Origin: a virus | Reading direction: 5' to 3' (one strand) | Length of the DNA: 64,000 nucleotides | IMG/VR virus record: IMGVR_UViG_3300025617_000006 | Shown here: piece by piece, positions 50,318 through 59,977 of the stretch | How the letters are laid out: the number at the start of each line of letters is the position of its first letter | Numbering within the stretch: the stretch's first letter is position 1 | Position numbers and translations under genes: made by a program | Notes under the pieces: model-generated | Told to the model about the DNA's origin: nothing | The model's database searches: none | The model's input: the letters and a program-made list of their open reading frames with translations, nothing else

Positions 50318-51318
50318 ATTTTTAAAGCAAGTTTTTGATTATGCAATAATACATCGTTCATATCATTAAGAATAATTTTAAGTTCTTCAATGCTATTAGA
50401 TTTAATATCATCTAATAGATTATAGATTTTTTGTAGTCTGTTGTTATGATCTATTTCAATATCATAACTTTCATCAAACCATTTTTCAAATGTTTTAAAA
50501 CCTAACTTTCGTATGTACTCGAGTGTACTCGGAGGCGCAACACATATAAACGGTCTTTTGTGTATCATTGCATTAACAGTCTTTTCGCTAAAATTTCCTG
50601 TTGGTTGATAAAAGCGAGTTTCGTTTGCTATTACACAAAAACTATCCTGATAAAACTTTGACAAACTACTAGGTCCTTTTAGTTTTGCATCAGGCCATTT
50701 TTTATAAGTTGAATTGGTTGCTTCTAAATCTAAATCAATTGTTAATGGCGGGTCGCTAAATGCCCAACTGTAGTAACCGGGTATATCTTTAATATAATTA
50801 ATTAATGATTCTCTATGTAAACTATAACGCCAGTTTGGGCAGATAAAATATTTACTAATATTATTATTAATCATCCTAGCACCACCGTTGAATTGATTTC
50901 TTAGAAAAATATCAAAACATTTTAATTCAAACGGATACTCTAAATAGGTTTTAACATTATAATCGCAAGTGTATACAGTGATATTACAATTTAAGTTTTG
51001 TGCAAATTTTGCAATAGAATCTAATTCTTCTGCACGTAAAAATTCGCCGCCTTTGAATTCGCTAAAGAAGTCTCTGTTATGCGGTTTTCCGTCTTCGTAT
51101 AATGTTAATGGTTCGTACAGATAGATATCTAATGTTTTTAATTTTTTAGTAAGTTTGTGGGTTATCGGAAACTTACTAAAATCTATTTTATTTGTACCTG
51201 TATAAATCATATAAGGATTAGTTGGTTTCCACTGTTTAAAAAGATCTTTAAACATATTACTAGACTTTGGTTTGATTTTACAAGGCATATTCCCCCAAAA
51301 AAGATCTTGGGTAAACAT
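50293..51318 (-). CDS. GT-B-like protein (GT10/GT47-like C-terminus)
   Basis: IANETRF...FSEKTVNAMIHKRPFICVA....LEYIRKLGFKTF..WFDESYD. Confidence 0.55.
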   Translation of the reverse strand: MFTQDLFWGNMPCKIKPKSSNMFKDLFKQWKPTNPYMIYTGTNKIDFSKFPITHKLTKKLKTLDIYLYEPLTLYEDGKPHNRDFFSEFKGGEFLRAEELDSIAKFAQNLNCNITVYTCDYNVKTYLEYPFELKCFDIFLRNQFNGGARMINNNISKYFICPNWRYSLHRESLINYIKDIPGYYSWAFSDPPLTIDLDLEATNSTYKKWPDAKLKGPSSLSKFYQDSFCVIANETRFYQPTGNFSEKTVNAMIHKRPFICVAPPSTLEYIRKLGFKTFEKWFDESYDIEIDHNNRLQKIYNLLDDIKSNSIEELKIILNDMNDVLLHNQKLALKIYNNEQVL

Positions 51319-51824
51319 TAGAACAATGTGCCTGTTATTTGCAGTGTATATCTAGGATCAATACCAATGTTACTTGCGGCATGCGGTACGTCAGGATGCC
51401 ATAATACATACTCTCCTGCTACATAATCTGTAACAGCACGACCACCAACTTCGAAGTAGTGTCCTGGCTTCCAGTCTTCTAAAAAAACAATTGCTCGTCT
51501 AACATCTTTACGTTGTTGTTTAAACACTCGGCAGTATGTATTAAAGTGATCAACATGGGTTGGCATAATATCAAGAGTATCCATTCGATAGATTACAAAT
51601 CCTGTATTATGTAAATTGATCATTTCTGCAACTTTGCTAACCCAGTCTGGCATTACGTTTCGACTGTCGTACATTTTACCTGTAGTAGTTTCGTGCGTAT
51701 ACCCTTGCTCTCGCCAAGTGTCTGCTTCTTTACCTGTAATAGGTTGTCTTGTATAATCAAAGTTTTTAAAATCGTCGTTCCATATTTTAGGAACAGTACC
51801 TTTATACCACATCACGTTCAACAT
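51318..51824 (-). CDS. 2OG-Fe(II)/cupin oxygenase
   Basis: MPTHVD (HxD) and PHAASNIG..PRYTLQITG. Confidence 0.75.
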   Translation of the reverse strand: MLNVMWYKGTVPKIWNDDFKNFDYTRQPITGKEADTWREQGYTHETTTGKMYDSRNVMPDWVSKVAEMINLHNTGFVIYRMDTLDIMPTHVDHFNTYCRVFKQQRKDVRRAIVFLEDWKPGHYFEVGGRAVTDYVAGEYVLWHPDVPHAASNIGIDPRYTLQITGTLF

Positions 51825-52770
51825 CCAAAGTTACACAATGAAACCCGCCACCAAGTGTACGTTGATGTCTCATTGGAAGCATAGCACAATCGATACCTTG
51901 TGCTTCTAATGCTTTTCTTAAAGGCACTTGGTTTTCTTCAAGTGCTACTAACTTACTATTTACACTAAACAAGTTCATATTAATCCAAGTACTTGCATTG
52001 CACCATTTAGGATAATGACCGATGTCAACAGGTTCAGGGCACCATATAATATCCCAACTGCGGAATGGTTCTGGTAAATCGTCTTTTGATTTTATTCTAC
52101 TTGGATTAGCAAGTAATAATCCTTCACGCAAAAAAGCAACAGTGCTATCAATGTGCATGTAACTATATACATCTTCTAGTAGATGCACTTTTGCTGTGTT
52201 ACCTAATGCTTCTTGCAACAATACCGAACCTAATTTGTTTCCGCTATTACTGACAAGATATAGCACATCATCATTTGCTCTAATAATATTAGCCGCATCA
52301 AATGCTGGTTCAAATTCAGTTAGTGCAAGTATATCTTTATTTCCTACGCAGTTGGTATTATATAAACCGCTTTCGTGGTAGCAAGGAACTTGAATAGGAT
52401 TATTCAAATGCTTTTCAAATGCTTTCCATTCACCTTTTCTTGCACGAATGGGCATTGGTGTTGCAAGTGTTAACTCACCGTGAATAAACACACTATCTCG
52501 CGGACAATAATTATAATAAGCACAATCTGTTTTATCGGGACGAACTACGTCAACACCTTGACCTTTTAAAAAGTTTGTAAACGTTTCTAAATCTTCATTT
52601 GCTTCGTCGACTACTTGTTGCGGATACAGGCCTTTAATAATTTCAGTTTCGTCATGTTTGTCTGCAAAGTTTACACATCGCAAACTAATATCTATATCAT
52701 TAGGAATTTTTGCATTGTCTGCGACTCCTACAATTACCTTGCGGAGTTGTCCCCATTCGTTTGTATTCAT
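51802..52770 (-). CDS. amidinotransferase (glycine / inosamine-phosphate StrB1 family)
   Basis: NEWGQLRKVIVG, CPRD, FDAAN (Asp), MHIDST (His) and GGGFHCVTLD (Cys): the catalytic triad motifs. Confidence 0.9.
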   Translation of the reverse strand: MNTNEWGQLRKVIVGVADNAKIPNDIDISLRCVNFADKHDETEIIKGLYPQQVVDEANEDLETFTNFLKGQGVDVVRPDKTDCAYYNYCPRDSVFIHGELTLATPMPIRARKGEWKAFEKHLNNPIQVPCYHESGLYNTNCVGNKDILALTEFEPAFDAANIIRANDDVLYLVSNSGNKLGSVLLQEALGNTAKVHLLEDVYSYMHIDSTVAFLREGLLLANPSRIKSKDDLPEPFRSWDIIWCPEPVDIGHYPKWCNASTWINMNLFSVNSKLVALEENQVPLRKALEAQGIDCAMLPMRHQRTLGGGFHCVTLDVERDVV

Positions 52771-53351
52771 TTAAACACTTCCATATCTGGCAAGTACGGA
52801 TAATCTTGGCTAGTCCATAGTTTACCTTGTTTTATTGTTTTTAATTTTTCAATACCTAGTTGTGCAGTTTCAGGTGTCATGTAATAATGATAACCTATAT
52901 GTTTTATGTTTTGTTCTGCCCAGGGCTTATCATCGGTTCTTCCATCGTAAGACATACATTTAAGAATATCATAATCTTCTTTAGTGGAACATAAAATTGC
53001 TCCACCCCTGCCCAAGTTTAGCATTTTCTTAAATTGAAAACTTAAACACATGTATTGTCCGGGCAAGTAACTATTTCTTTTAAAGTTAACAGCGCCGTCG
53101 ATGATACGTGTGCCTTCTAAAAAATAATATTCACTCCAATTAGTGTCAACAAAGTTCCAGTTTAGACCAACCTTTGTTAATGTAAACGGAACACTAATAT
53201 ATGTTCGCGCTGGGATCTTAATGTATACTTGCGGACGCAAGTATCTTAAGCATAACTCAATAGCATGAGTACAACTATCTGTTGCTACAGCATATGGCGC
53301 ATCATAATAGTCAGCAATTTGTTCTTCAAACTTTCGTACTGTTTCAAACAT
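52767..53351 (-). CDS. DegT/DnrJ/EryC1/StrS-family aminotransferase, unusually short (194 aa)
   Basis: FEEQIADY...AVATDSCTHAIEL, P..TYIS and LSFQFKKML..GRGGAI (PLP lysine motif). Confidence 0.8.
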   Translation of the reverse strand: MFETVRKFEEQIADYYDAPYAVATDSCTHAIELCLRYLRPQVYIKIPARTYISVPFTLTKVGLNWNFVDTNWSEYYFLEGTRIIDGAVNFKRNSYLPGQYMCLSFQFKKMLNLGRGGAILCSTKEDYDILKCMSYDGRTDDKPWAEQNIKHIGYHYYMTPETAQLGIEKLKTIKQGKLWTSQDYPYLPDMEVFK

Positions 53352-53356
53352 AAAAG

Positions 53357-53381
53357 TATTTATATACGCAGATAATAAGTA
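53357..53381. promoter_or_regulatory. divergent late promoters (TATAAATA on - at 53364-53357; TAAGTA on + at 53376-53381)
   Basis: Exact T4 late consensus on the minus strand, 5 nt from the ATG at 53351. Confidence 0.65.
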
Positions 53382-53386
53382 ATAGT

Positions 53387-54604
53387 ATGAGTGAGACTAG
53401 GAATATACATATGAGTACTATTGGATTTATTGGAGTTGGCAAACTTGGAGTGCCATGTGCTGAAGAAATTGTTAAAAAAGGACATGTAGTAAACGGATAC
53501 GATACTGATAAAATTTCGTCAACATTAATTAACCAACAGCAAACAATTAAAGATACAGTACTTGGTGCAGATATTGTATTTGTTGCAGTACCAACACCGC
53601 ACCACCCAGATTATGATGGCAAACAGCCAACAAGTCATTTAGAACCTAAAGACTTTGATTATAGTATTGTTATTGATGTACTTAAAGAAGCAAACAAGCA
53701 TATGAACAAAGACCAGTTGCTTGTTCTTATTAGCACAGTGTTGCCGGGAACAACACGCAGAGAATTTGTTCCATTAATTACTAACACACGGTTTGTTTAT
53801 AATCCGTATCTAATTGCAATGGGTACTGTTGGATGGGATATGATTAATCCAGAAATGGTAATGATTGGCACTGACGATGGAAGCGAAACTGGCGATGCAA
53901 AACAGTTGCGAGATTTTTATGATAGTATTATGGAAAATGATCCGCGTTATGTTATAGGAACATACGACGAGTGTGAGTGTATCAAAGTCTTTTATAATAC
54001 ATTTATATCTACTAAATTAAGCCTTGTTAATATGATGCAAGATGTTGCAGAGCGTCAGGGAAATATTAATGTTGATGTAGTAACAGATGCACTTGCACAT
54101 TCAACACAACGTATTATGAGTCCAATGTATATGACAGCAGGCATGGGCGACGGCGGCAGTTGCCACCCAAGAGATAATATTGCATTACGTTACATGGCAC
54201 AACAATTAAATTTAGAATATGATATTTTTGATAGTATTATGACAGCAAGAGAAGTCCAAGCAAAAAATCTTGCAAAGTATGTTGTTGATATGAAAAACAA
54301 ATATGGCGGAAGCATCATCTTAAATGGTATTTCATATAAGCCAGGTGTCCCATACATTGATGGCAGTTATGCACTATTAGTTGACCACTACTTAAAAGAC
54401 ATGGGCGAAAGTGCAATTTATATTGATCCTCTTGCAAGCGAAATGCCAAGTTCTCAAACTAATATAGGTGGAATTGTGTTACTGTGCCACCCTGAACATT
54501 ATTTAGATTATAGTACTGATAGTGTAATTATCGATCCGTGGAGGCGTACTCCAAAAAGTTCCGAGTATATGATTATTCATTATGGGAATACAAGACAACA
54601 ATGA
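53387..54604 (+). CDS. ugd: UDP-glucose/GDP-mannose 6-dehydrogenase family protein
   Basis: GFIGVGKLG, FVAVPTP, STVLPGT, IK.FYN and GGSCHPRD; alternative SD-led start at 53411. Confidence 0.85.
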   Translation: MSETRNIHMSTIGFIGVGKLGVPCAEEIVKKGHVVNGYDTDKISSTLINQQQTIKDTVLGADIVFVAVPTPHHPDYDGKQPTSHLEPKDFDYSIVIDVLKEANKHMNKDQLLVLISTVLPGTTRREFVPLITNTRFVYNPYLIAMGTVGWDMINPEMVMIGTDDGSETGDAKQLRDFYDSIMENDPRYVIGTYDECECIKVFYNTFISTKLSLVNMMQDVAERQGNINVDVVTDALAHSTQRIMSPMYMTAGMGDGGSCHPRDNIALRYMAQQLNLEYDIFDSIMTAREVQAKNLAKYVVDMKNKYGGSIILNGISYKPGVPYIDGSYALLVDHYLKDMGESAIYIDPLASEMPSSQTNIGGIVLLCHPEHYLDYSTDSVIIDPWRRTPKSSEYMIIHYGNTRQQ

Positions 54605-55446
54605 GATACTTAAAACACGAACCTTTACTATATTTTGCTGAAACTGCCGGTAACACACTTGCATGGTATTGCTCTGACGACAAAAAAAATTATAAAAAAA
54701 TGGATAGTCCAAAATGGCAATATCATAATAGTGCTGGGAACTTATTATACAAGTTTAATCGTTTAGGATATCGTACAGTTGAATTAGACAATTTGCCTAA
54801 AGATTACATCCTAGTATTTGGGTGTAGTTATACTGAAGGTGTTGGTCTGTATGATAATGAAATTTGGTGTCACAGGTTAGGAAATGAGTTAGGAATTCCT
54901 ATTGTAAATTTAGCAAAGGCAGGCACAGGCCCAGACATTCTTAATTTTAATACCCAACTGTTTATTAAAAATAACTTTGCAAAACCCCGTGCGGTAATTA
55001 ATCAGTGGCCACAAGTTAATCGCAAGACGTTTGGTTATATGCACAAAGAAGGATTAAGATTAGAAGATAGAAATGTACACTGTATTGAAGCGTTAGATGA
55101 TGATGACCCGACGAGGAGGTACGAACTACTAGACTCCAAATGGTACTTTAAACGTTGGGCAATGGAAGAAGGTCAGCAAGAATATGAAGGTGCAGTTCAT
55201 ATTAACAGTGTTACTAATATATGGAATGCATATAACATTCCTGTATTAAATTGGACTTTTGACTCAGATTATAAAACACGATTTAACACTAATCTTTATA
55301 AATCAGTTACATTAGCACACAATGAAATTTACGGTACTGATAAAAAGATTTTGATTGATAGAGCAAGAGATAACGCACATGACGGGCCTGATATTCATAA
55401 TCAAGTTGTAGAACAACTAAGAGACGATATAACATGTATGATATAG
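54601..55446 (+). CDS. SGNH/GDSL hydrolase-like protein
   Basis: YKFNRLGYR, VFGCSYTEGVG, NLAKAGTG and ARDNAHDG; the ATG at 54601 overlaps the upstream stop codon. Confidence 0.65.
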   Translation: MRYLKHEPLLYFAETAGNTLAWYCSDDKKNYKKMDSPKWQYHNSAGNLLYKFNRLGYRTVELDNLPKDYILVFGCSYTEGVGLYDNEIWCHRLGNELGIPIVNLAKAGTGPDILNFNTQLFIKNNFAKPRAVINQWPQVNRKTFGYMHKEGLRLEDRNVHCIEALDDDDPTRRYELLDSKWYFKRWAMEEGQQEYEGAVHINSVTNIWNAYNIPVLNWTFDSDYKTRFNTNLYKSVTLAHNEIYGTDKKILIDRARDNAHDGPDIHNQVVEQLRDDITCMI

Positions 55447-56126
55447 TTTTTATTAGTTACGGCGAAACTAATGCTGATAACAACTGGGAAATGTTAAAAA
55501 ACCAATTTCCGATGGCTAAGCGTATTAAAGATGTAGAAGGTATACATCAAGCACATATTGCAGGAGCAAAAAAGTGCTTTACTAAGATGTTTTGGGTTGT
55601 AGACGGCGATGCAGAACTTTCAACAGGATTCCAATTTGATCACGAAGTATCAGAATGGGATTTAGAAACAGTACATGTATGGAGAAGTTTAAATCCAGTA
55701 AACGATTTAGAATACGGATACGGCGGTGTTAAATTACTTCCGAGAAAACTTACCCTTGATATGGACATTTCAAAACCTGATATGACTACAAGTATTAGTG
55801 ATAAATTTAAGGCAATGCCTGAAATATCAAACATTACTGCATTTAATACAGATGAGTTTAGTGCATGGAGAAGCGCATTTAGAGAATGTGTTAAATTAGC
55901 AAGTAGAACAATCAACGGACAAGTTCTTGCCGAAACTGAATCAAGACTTGAAACATGGTGTACAGTTGCTAATGAAGGTGTTGCGTTTGGCAATTATGTT
56001 TTACATGGCGCACAAGTAGGAAAGCATTTTGGAACTGTGCATAAAGACAATCCTGAAATGTTAAAATTAATTAATAACTTTAGTTGGTTGGAAGAACAAT
56101 TTAATGACTACGCCGATTCCGTTTAA
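55434..56126 (+). CDS. GT2-like glycosyltransferase (paralog of 48075-48956)
   Basis: DIVFISYGE, FWVVDGDA, YGYGGVKL and AWRSAFRE. Confidence 0.65.
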   Translation: MYDIVFISYGETNADNNWEMLKNQFPMAKRIKDVEGIHQAHIAGAKKCFTKMFWVVDGDAELSTGFQFDHEVSEWDLETVHVWRSLNPVNDLEYGYGGVKLLPRKLTLDMDISKPDMTTSISDKFKAMPEISNITAFNTDEFSAWRSAFRECVKLASRTINGQVLAETESRLETWCTVANEGVAFGNYVLHGAQVGKHFGTVHKDNPEMLKLINNFSWLEEQFNDYADSV

Positions 56127-57081
56127 GGATATTGTAAAATTTGGACAAAAAACAATGTTAGACACTGAGTTGTTTAATGTTAGTTGGATTCTGGGAAGAT
56201 TTTGTAATTACAAATGTAGTTACTGTTGGCCGTATGCTAATACTGATAAACCGGATCATCAAGAATTTAAAGTATATACACAAACTATTGACGAAATAAA
56301 GCGTCAAGCGAGAGAAAACGGATTTAATAATTTTCACTTTAGTTTTAGTGGCGGCGAACCAACTGCTTATAAATACTTTGGTGATCTTATAGAATACTAT
56401 AGTAGCGACACAACACCCGAGTATCAAAGTATTCATATGACTACCAACTTGTCACCAGGGAGCAAATGGTGGAACAAATGGCTAGAAGTAACTAACACCC
56501 TTCAGCGTAGAAGTATAACAGCAAGTTATCACGCTGAATTTGCTAATGAACAGGAGTTTGGAGATAAATGTCTCCAATTAATAAAAAATAATGTCTATGT
56601 TACAATCAATCAAGTTATGGTTCCAGAAATGTTCGAAGAACTTTATGAACGCTTGGAACGATTTGCCGCCAGAGGTATTAACGTCACTCTCAAGCCCCAG
56701 TCCGATCCAACCGCCTCCCACGTGGTACATGGATACACTGAAGACCAGATCACAAGGATGCAAACCGGATTCCCGCAAACAGTTAAGCAAGAGCAAGTCT
56801 ACCAAGTCGGTCTCCAAGATGCTCAAGGAGTAGAGTACGAGTTAGACCAAGCAGAACGGTTTAACGCATTTGGATTTAACAAGTTCGAAGGATGGACTTG
56901 TAATGCAGGCTATCAAAGTTGCATTATACGCGGCAATGAAGTAAAGCGGGCATACAGTTGTATGGAAGAACCGTTAGGCACGCTGTATGACGGTTTTACG
57001 CTGTTTAAGACACCATCTAAGTGCGTAACTGCTACATGTGTAAGTAGTGCAGATAGTAAGATTCCAAAGGCGAAACTATGA
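56104..57081 (+). CDS. radical SAM protein with C-terminal twitch/SPASM-like cysteines
   Basis: CNYKCSYC and SGGEP; C-terminal CNAG..SC..C...C. Confidence 0.9.
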   Translation: MTTPIPFKDIVKFGQKTMLDTELFNVSWILGRFCNYKCSYCWPYANTDKPDHQEFKVYTQTIDEIKRQARENGFNNFHFSFSGGEPTAYKYFGDLIEYYSSDTTPEYQSIHMTTNLSPGSKWWNKWLEVTNTLQRRSITASYHAEFANEQEFGDKCLQLIKNNVYVTINQVMVPEMFEELYERLERFAARGINVTLKPQSDPTASHVVHGYTEDQITRMQTGFPQTVKQEQVYQVGLQDAQGVEYELDQAERFNAFGFNKFEGWTCNAGYQSCIIRGNEVKRAYSCMEEPLGTLYDGFTLFKTPSKCVTATCVSSADSKIPKAKL

Positions 57082-57689
57082 AAGTTAATATAGAAGACGT
57101 TCTGTTTTGGATGGATGCAATACGCAACAGCGATGACCGTTATCGCACACTTGAAAGTTTTTGGAAAGGCCAAGTACACAGTAAAGAATGGCTAGTTGAA
57201 ACATTAAATGATTTTGATGATTGTACTGATAAGCATGTAGTTGTACATGGCGGCTGGAACGGTGTATTATCAAGTTTATTGTTTAATAGTAATCTAAATA
57301 TACAACGTATCACAAGTATTGACATTGACCCTGCATGTGAAGAAATTGCATACACTATCAATAAGCGTTATGAAATGCAAGGCAGATTCAAAGCAATCAC
57401 TGAGGATATGTGTACATATACATATCATGAACTAGTTGATATTGTTATTAATACAAGTTGCGAACATATAACTCAATCTCAATATAATAAATGGTTGACA
57501 AATCAACCCAAAGATGCTTTAATAGTATTGCAGAGTAATAATTATTTTGATCTAGATGAACATATTAGATGCGCCAGTAATCTAGACGAGTTTGAAAAAC
57601 AGTCAAATATTGATGTATTATGGAGTGGCGAATATAATCATCCTAAGTACAAAAGATTTATGTTGATTGGATATAAACAAGATGTATGA
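57078..57689 (+). CDS. class I SAM-dependent methyltransferase
   Basis: VVVHGGWNG, SIDIDP and VINTSCEH. Confidence 0.75.
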   Translation: MKVNIEDVLFWMDAIRNSDDRYRTLESFWKGQVHSKEWLVETLNDFDDCTDKHVVVHGGWNGVLSSLLFNSNLNIQRITSIDIDPACEEIAYTINKRYEMQGRFKAITEDMCTYTYHELVDIVINTSCEHITQSQYNKWLTNQPKDALIVLQSNNYFDLDEHIRCASNLDEFEKQSNIDVLWSGEYNHPKYKRFMLIGYKQDV

Positions 57690-58680
57690 GTATAGCAACA
57701 TAACTTCAATTCATTTAGAGGTTACTAGTAAATGTCAAGCACGGTGTCCTATGTGTCCAAGAAGATTACAGGGCGGCCCGTTACTTGAAGGATTGGATTT
57801 AGAAGAAATTGACCTCGAAACTTTTGTTAATTGGTTCCCAAGAGACTTTGTACGCCAATTAAAGTTTCTTAGTATGTGTGGTAATTTAGGAGATCCAATT
57901 GTTGCAAAAGACACATTAGAAATTTTTAGATACTTGCGTGAAAGCAATTCTGAAATGACTTTACAAATGCATACTAATGGAAGTGGCAGAACTAAAGAAT
58001 GGTGGCGCGGACTTGCAGAATTAAAAGTAAAAGTTGTATTTGGTCTTGACGGACTTAAAGATACTCATGCACTATACCGAATAAACACTAACTGGGAAAA
58101 GATTATTAACAATGCATCACACTTTATCCATGCTGGAGGAGATGCTCGTTGGGATATGTTAGTATTTGAACATAATGAACACCAAGTTGATACTTGTGAA
58201 CAAATGAGTAAGGAATTAGGATTTACTGGATTCAGTATTAAACATACAACAAGATTTAAAGATGGTAAGTTTGATGTACTTGATGACGACTATAATATTA
58301 CACATACTTTAATGCCATCAAGTAAAAGTCTTAAAATGATACAGCCGGTAAAGGAAGCGGCACAAGAACTACTGCCTAAAATTAATTGTAAAGCAATACA
58401 AGATAGTCAAATGTACATTAGTGCAAATGGAAATGTTAGTCCTTGTTGCTGGTTAGATTTAGAGTGGTTACCACAGCATTCAACACAGCGAATTGATTAT
58501 ATGATAAAAGTTGGAAAGTTTCCTAATCTGCATAGGAATACTATGCAAGAAATATTTGAAAGTAACTTTTTTAATACTATTAGTAGTTGCTGGACTAGTA
58601 CTGGACTTAAAGAGTGTTCAAAACAATGTGGAAGTTTTGATAAACTAAATGCACAGTTTGAGAGACACCAGCATGAGTAA
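57682..58680 (+). CDS. radical SAM / SPASM-twitch protein
   Basis: CQARCPMC, GNLGDP and TNGS; C-terminal C..ISANGNVSPCC...CSKQC; ATG at 57682 within the tracked ORF 57667. Confidence 0.9.
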   Translation: MYEYSNITSIHLEVTSKCQARCPMCPRRLQGGPLLEGLDLEEIDLETFVNWFPRDFVRQLKFLSMCGNLGDPIVAKDTLEIFRYLRESNSEMTLQMHTNGSGRTKEWWRGLAELKVKVVFGLDGLKDTHALYRINTNWEKIINNASHFIHAGGDARWDMLVFEHNEHQVDTCEQMSKELGFTGFSIKHTTRFKDGKFDVLDDDYNITHTLMPSSKSLKMIQPVKEAAQELLPKINCKAIQDSQMYISANGNVSPCCWLDLEWLPQHSTQRIDYMIKVGKFPNLHRNTMQEIFESNFFNTISSCWTSTGLKECSKQCGSFDKLNAQFERHQHE

Positions 58681-59977
58681 AACATTTTGTCCTCTACCAT
58701 GGATACATTTAGCAACTCGTCCTAATGGAGATGTCAGAGTATGCTGTACTGCTAATGCAAGCGGCGCAGGCATGGATGACGATAAAGAAGTAGGACTAGT
58801 TAAGCAAGACGGCATTAATATGAATGTGCGCGACCATACTATTGAAGAAGTATTTAATAGTCATCAGATGCGTACTACAAGATTGCAAATGCTTAATGGC
58901 GAAATTCCTGCTAGTTGTCGAAAGTGTTTTGAAGAAGAATCTAAAGGGATCAAGAGTAAGCGTAATTGGGAAACAGAGGTTTGGAAAGAACGCATCGACA
59001 TTGACAACATAGTGTCGCAAACACAGGCTGACGGAAGTCTACCAGCGAATATTCCTTACTTTGATTTACGATTAGGAAATATATGTAATTTGAAATGTGT
59101 TATGTGTAGTCCGCATGATAGTTCTAGTTGGATTAAAGATTGGAAACTGCAATACCCCCAATATACAAACCCCCAACTAAAGCAAGATCAAAATTGGAAC
59201 CCTAACTTTGATTATACTTGGTATAAGAAAGGTACATTTATTGAAAGTATGAAGAGTCAAGCAAAGTATATAAAAGAATTGTATTTTGCAGGCGGCGAGC
59301 CATTAATGATTCCCGAACACTATTCAATCTTACAATTTATGGTTGACGAAGGTTTTGCTAAAGAGTGTATTATTAGATATAATTCAAACGGTACAATAAT
59401 TGACCAACGCACTTTAGATTTGTGGAGTAAGTTTAAACAGGTTAAATTTAATTTTAGTTTAGATGCTATTGATGAACGTAACGACTACATAAGGTATCCA
59501 AGTAAGTTTAATGAAATTGAAACAAACTTACAAATGTTGGATGATACACCGGACAATATTATAGTTAATATTGCGTGTGCAGTACAGGCACTAAATGTTC
59601 ACCACATTGTTGATCTAGCAGAATGGAAAATTGCAAAGAATTTTAAAAAGATTAATCAAGCCCCATATGGCGCAGGCATGATAGGGTTACATTTAGTTTA
59701 CCTACCAAGTCATATGAATGTTAGAGTGTTACCCAAAGAAATTAAGCAGGAAGTATCAGCAAAGATAACTAACTTTGCAACACATTTTTTACGTGATTTT
59801 GAATTTAATACAAATCCTTATGGTAAAGAAAGGTGGTTAGGTCTTGTTAATTATATGAACGCTGAAGATTGGAGTCATAAACTTCCGGCATTACAACAAT
59901 ACCTACAAATAAACGATAAAACAAGGGAACAGAACTTTGTTAACGTGTTTCCAGAACTGGAGGCATTATGGAAGTAG
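58673..59977 (+). CDS. radical SAM protein with N-terminal twitch-type domain
   Basis: FCPLPW..VRVCC..CRKC, CNLKCVMC and AGGEP; ATG at 58673. Confidence 0.9.
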   Translation: MSKTFCPLPWIHLATRPNGDVRVCCTANASGAGMDDDKEVGLVKQDGINMNVRDHTIEEVFNSHQMRTTRLQMLNGEIPASCRKCFEEESKGIKSKRNWETEVWKERIDIDNIVSQTQADGSLPANIPYFDLRLGNICNLKCVMCSPHDSSSWIKDWKLQYPQYTNPQLKQDQNWNPNFDYTWYKKGTFIESMKSQAKYIKELYFAGGEPLMIPEHYSILQFMVDEGFAKECIIRYNSNGTIIDQRTLDLWSKFKQVKFNFSLDAIDERNDYIRYPSKFNEIETNLQMLDDTPDNIIVNIACAVQALNVHHIVDLAEWKIAKNFKKINQAPYGAGMIGLHLVYLPSHMNVRVLPKEIKQEVSAKITNFATHFLRDFEFNTNPYGKERWLGLVNYMNAEDWSHKLPALQQYLQINDKTREQNFVNVFPELEALWK

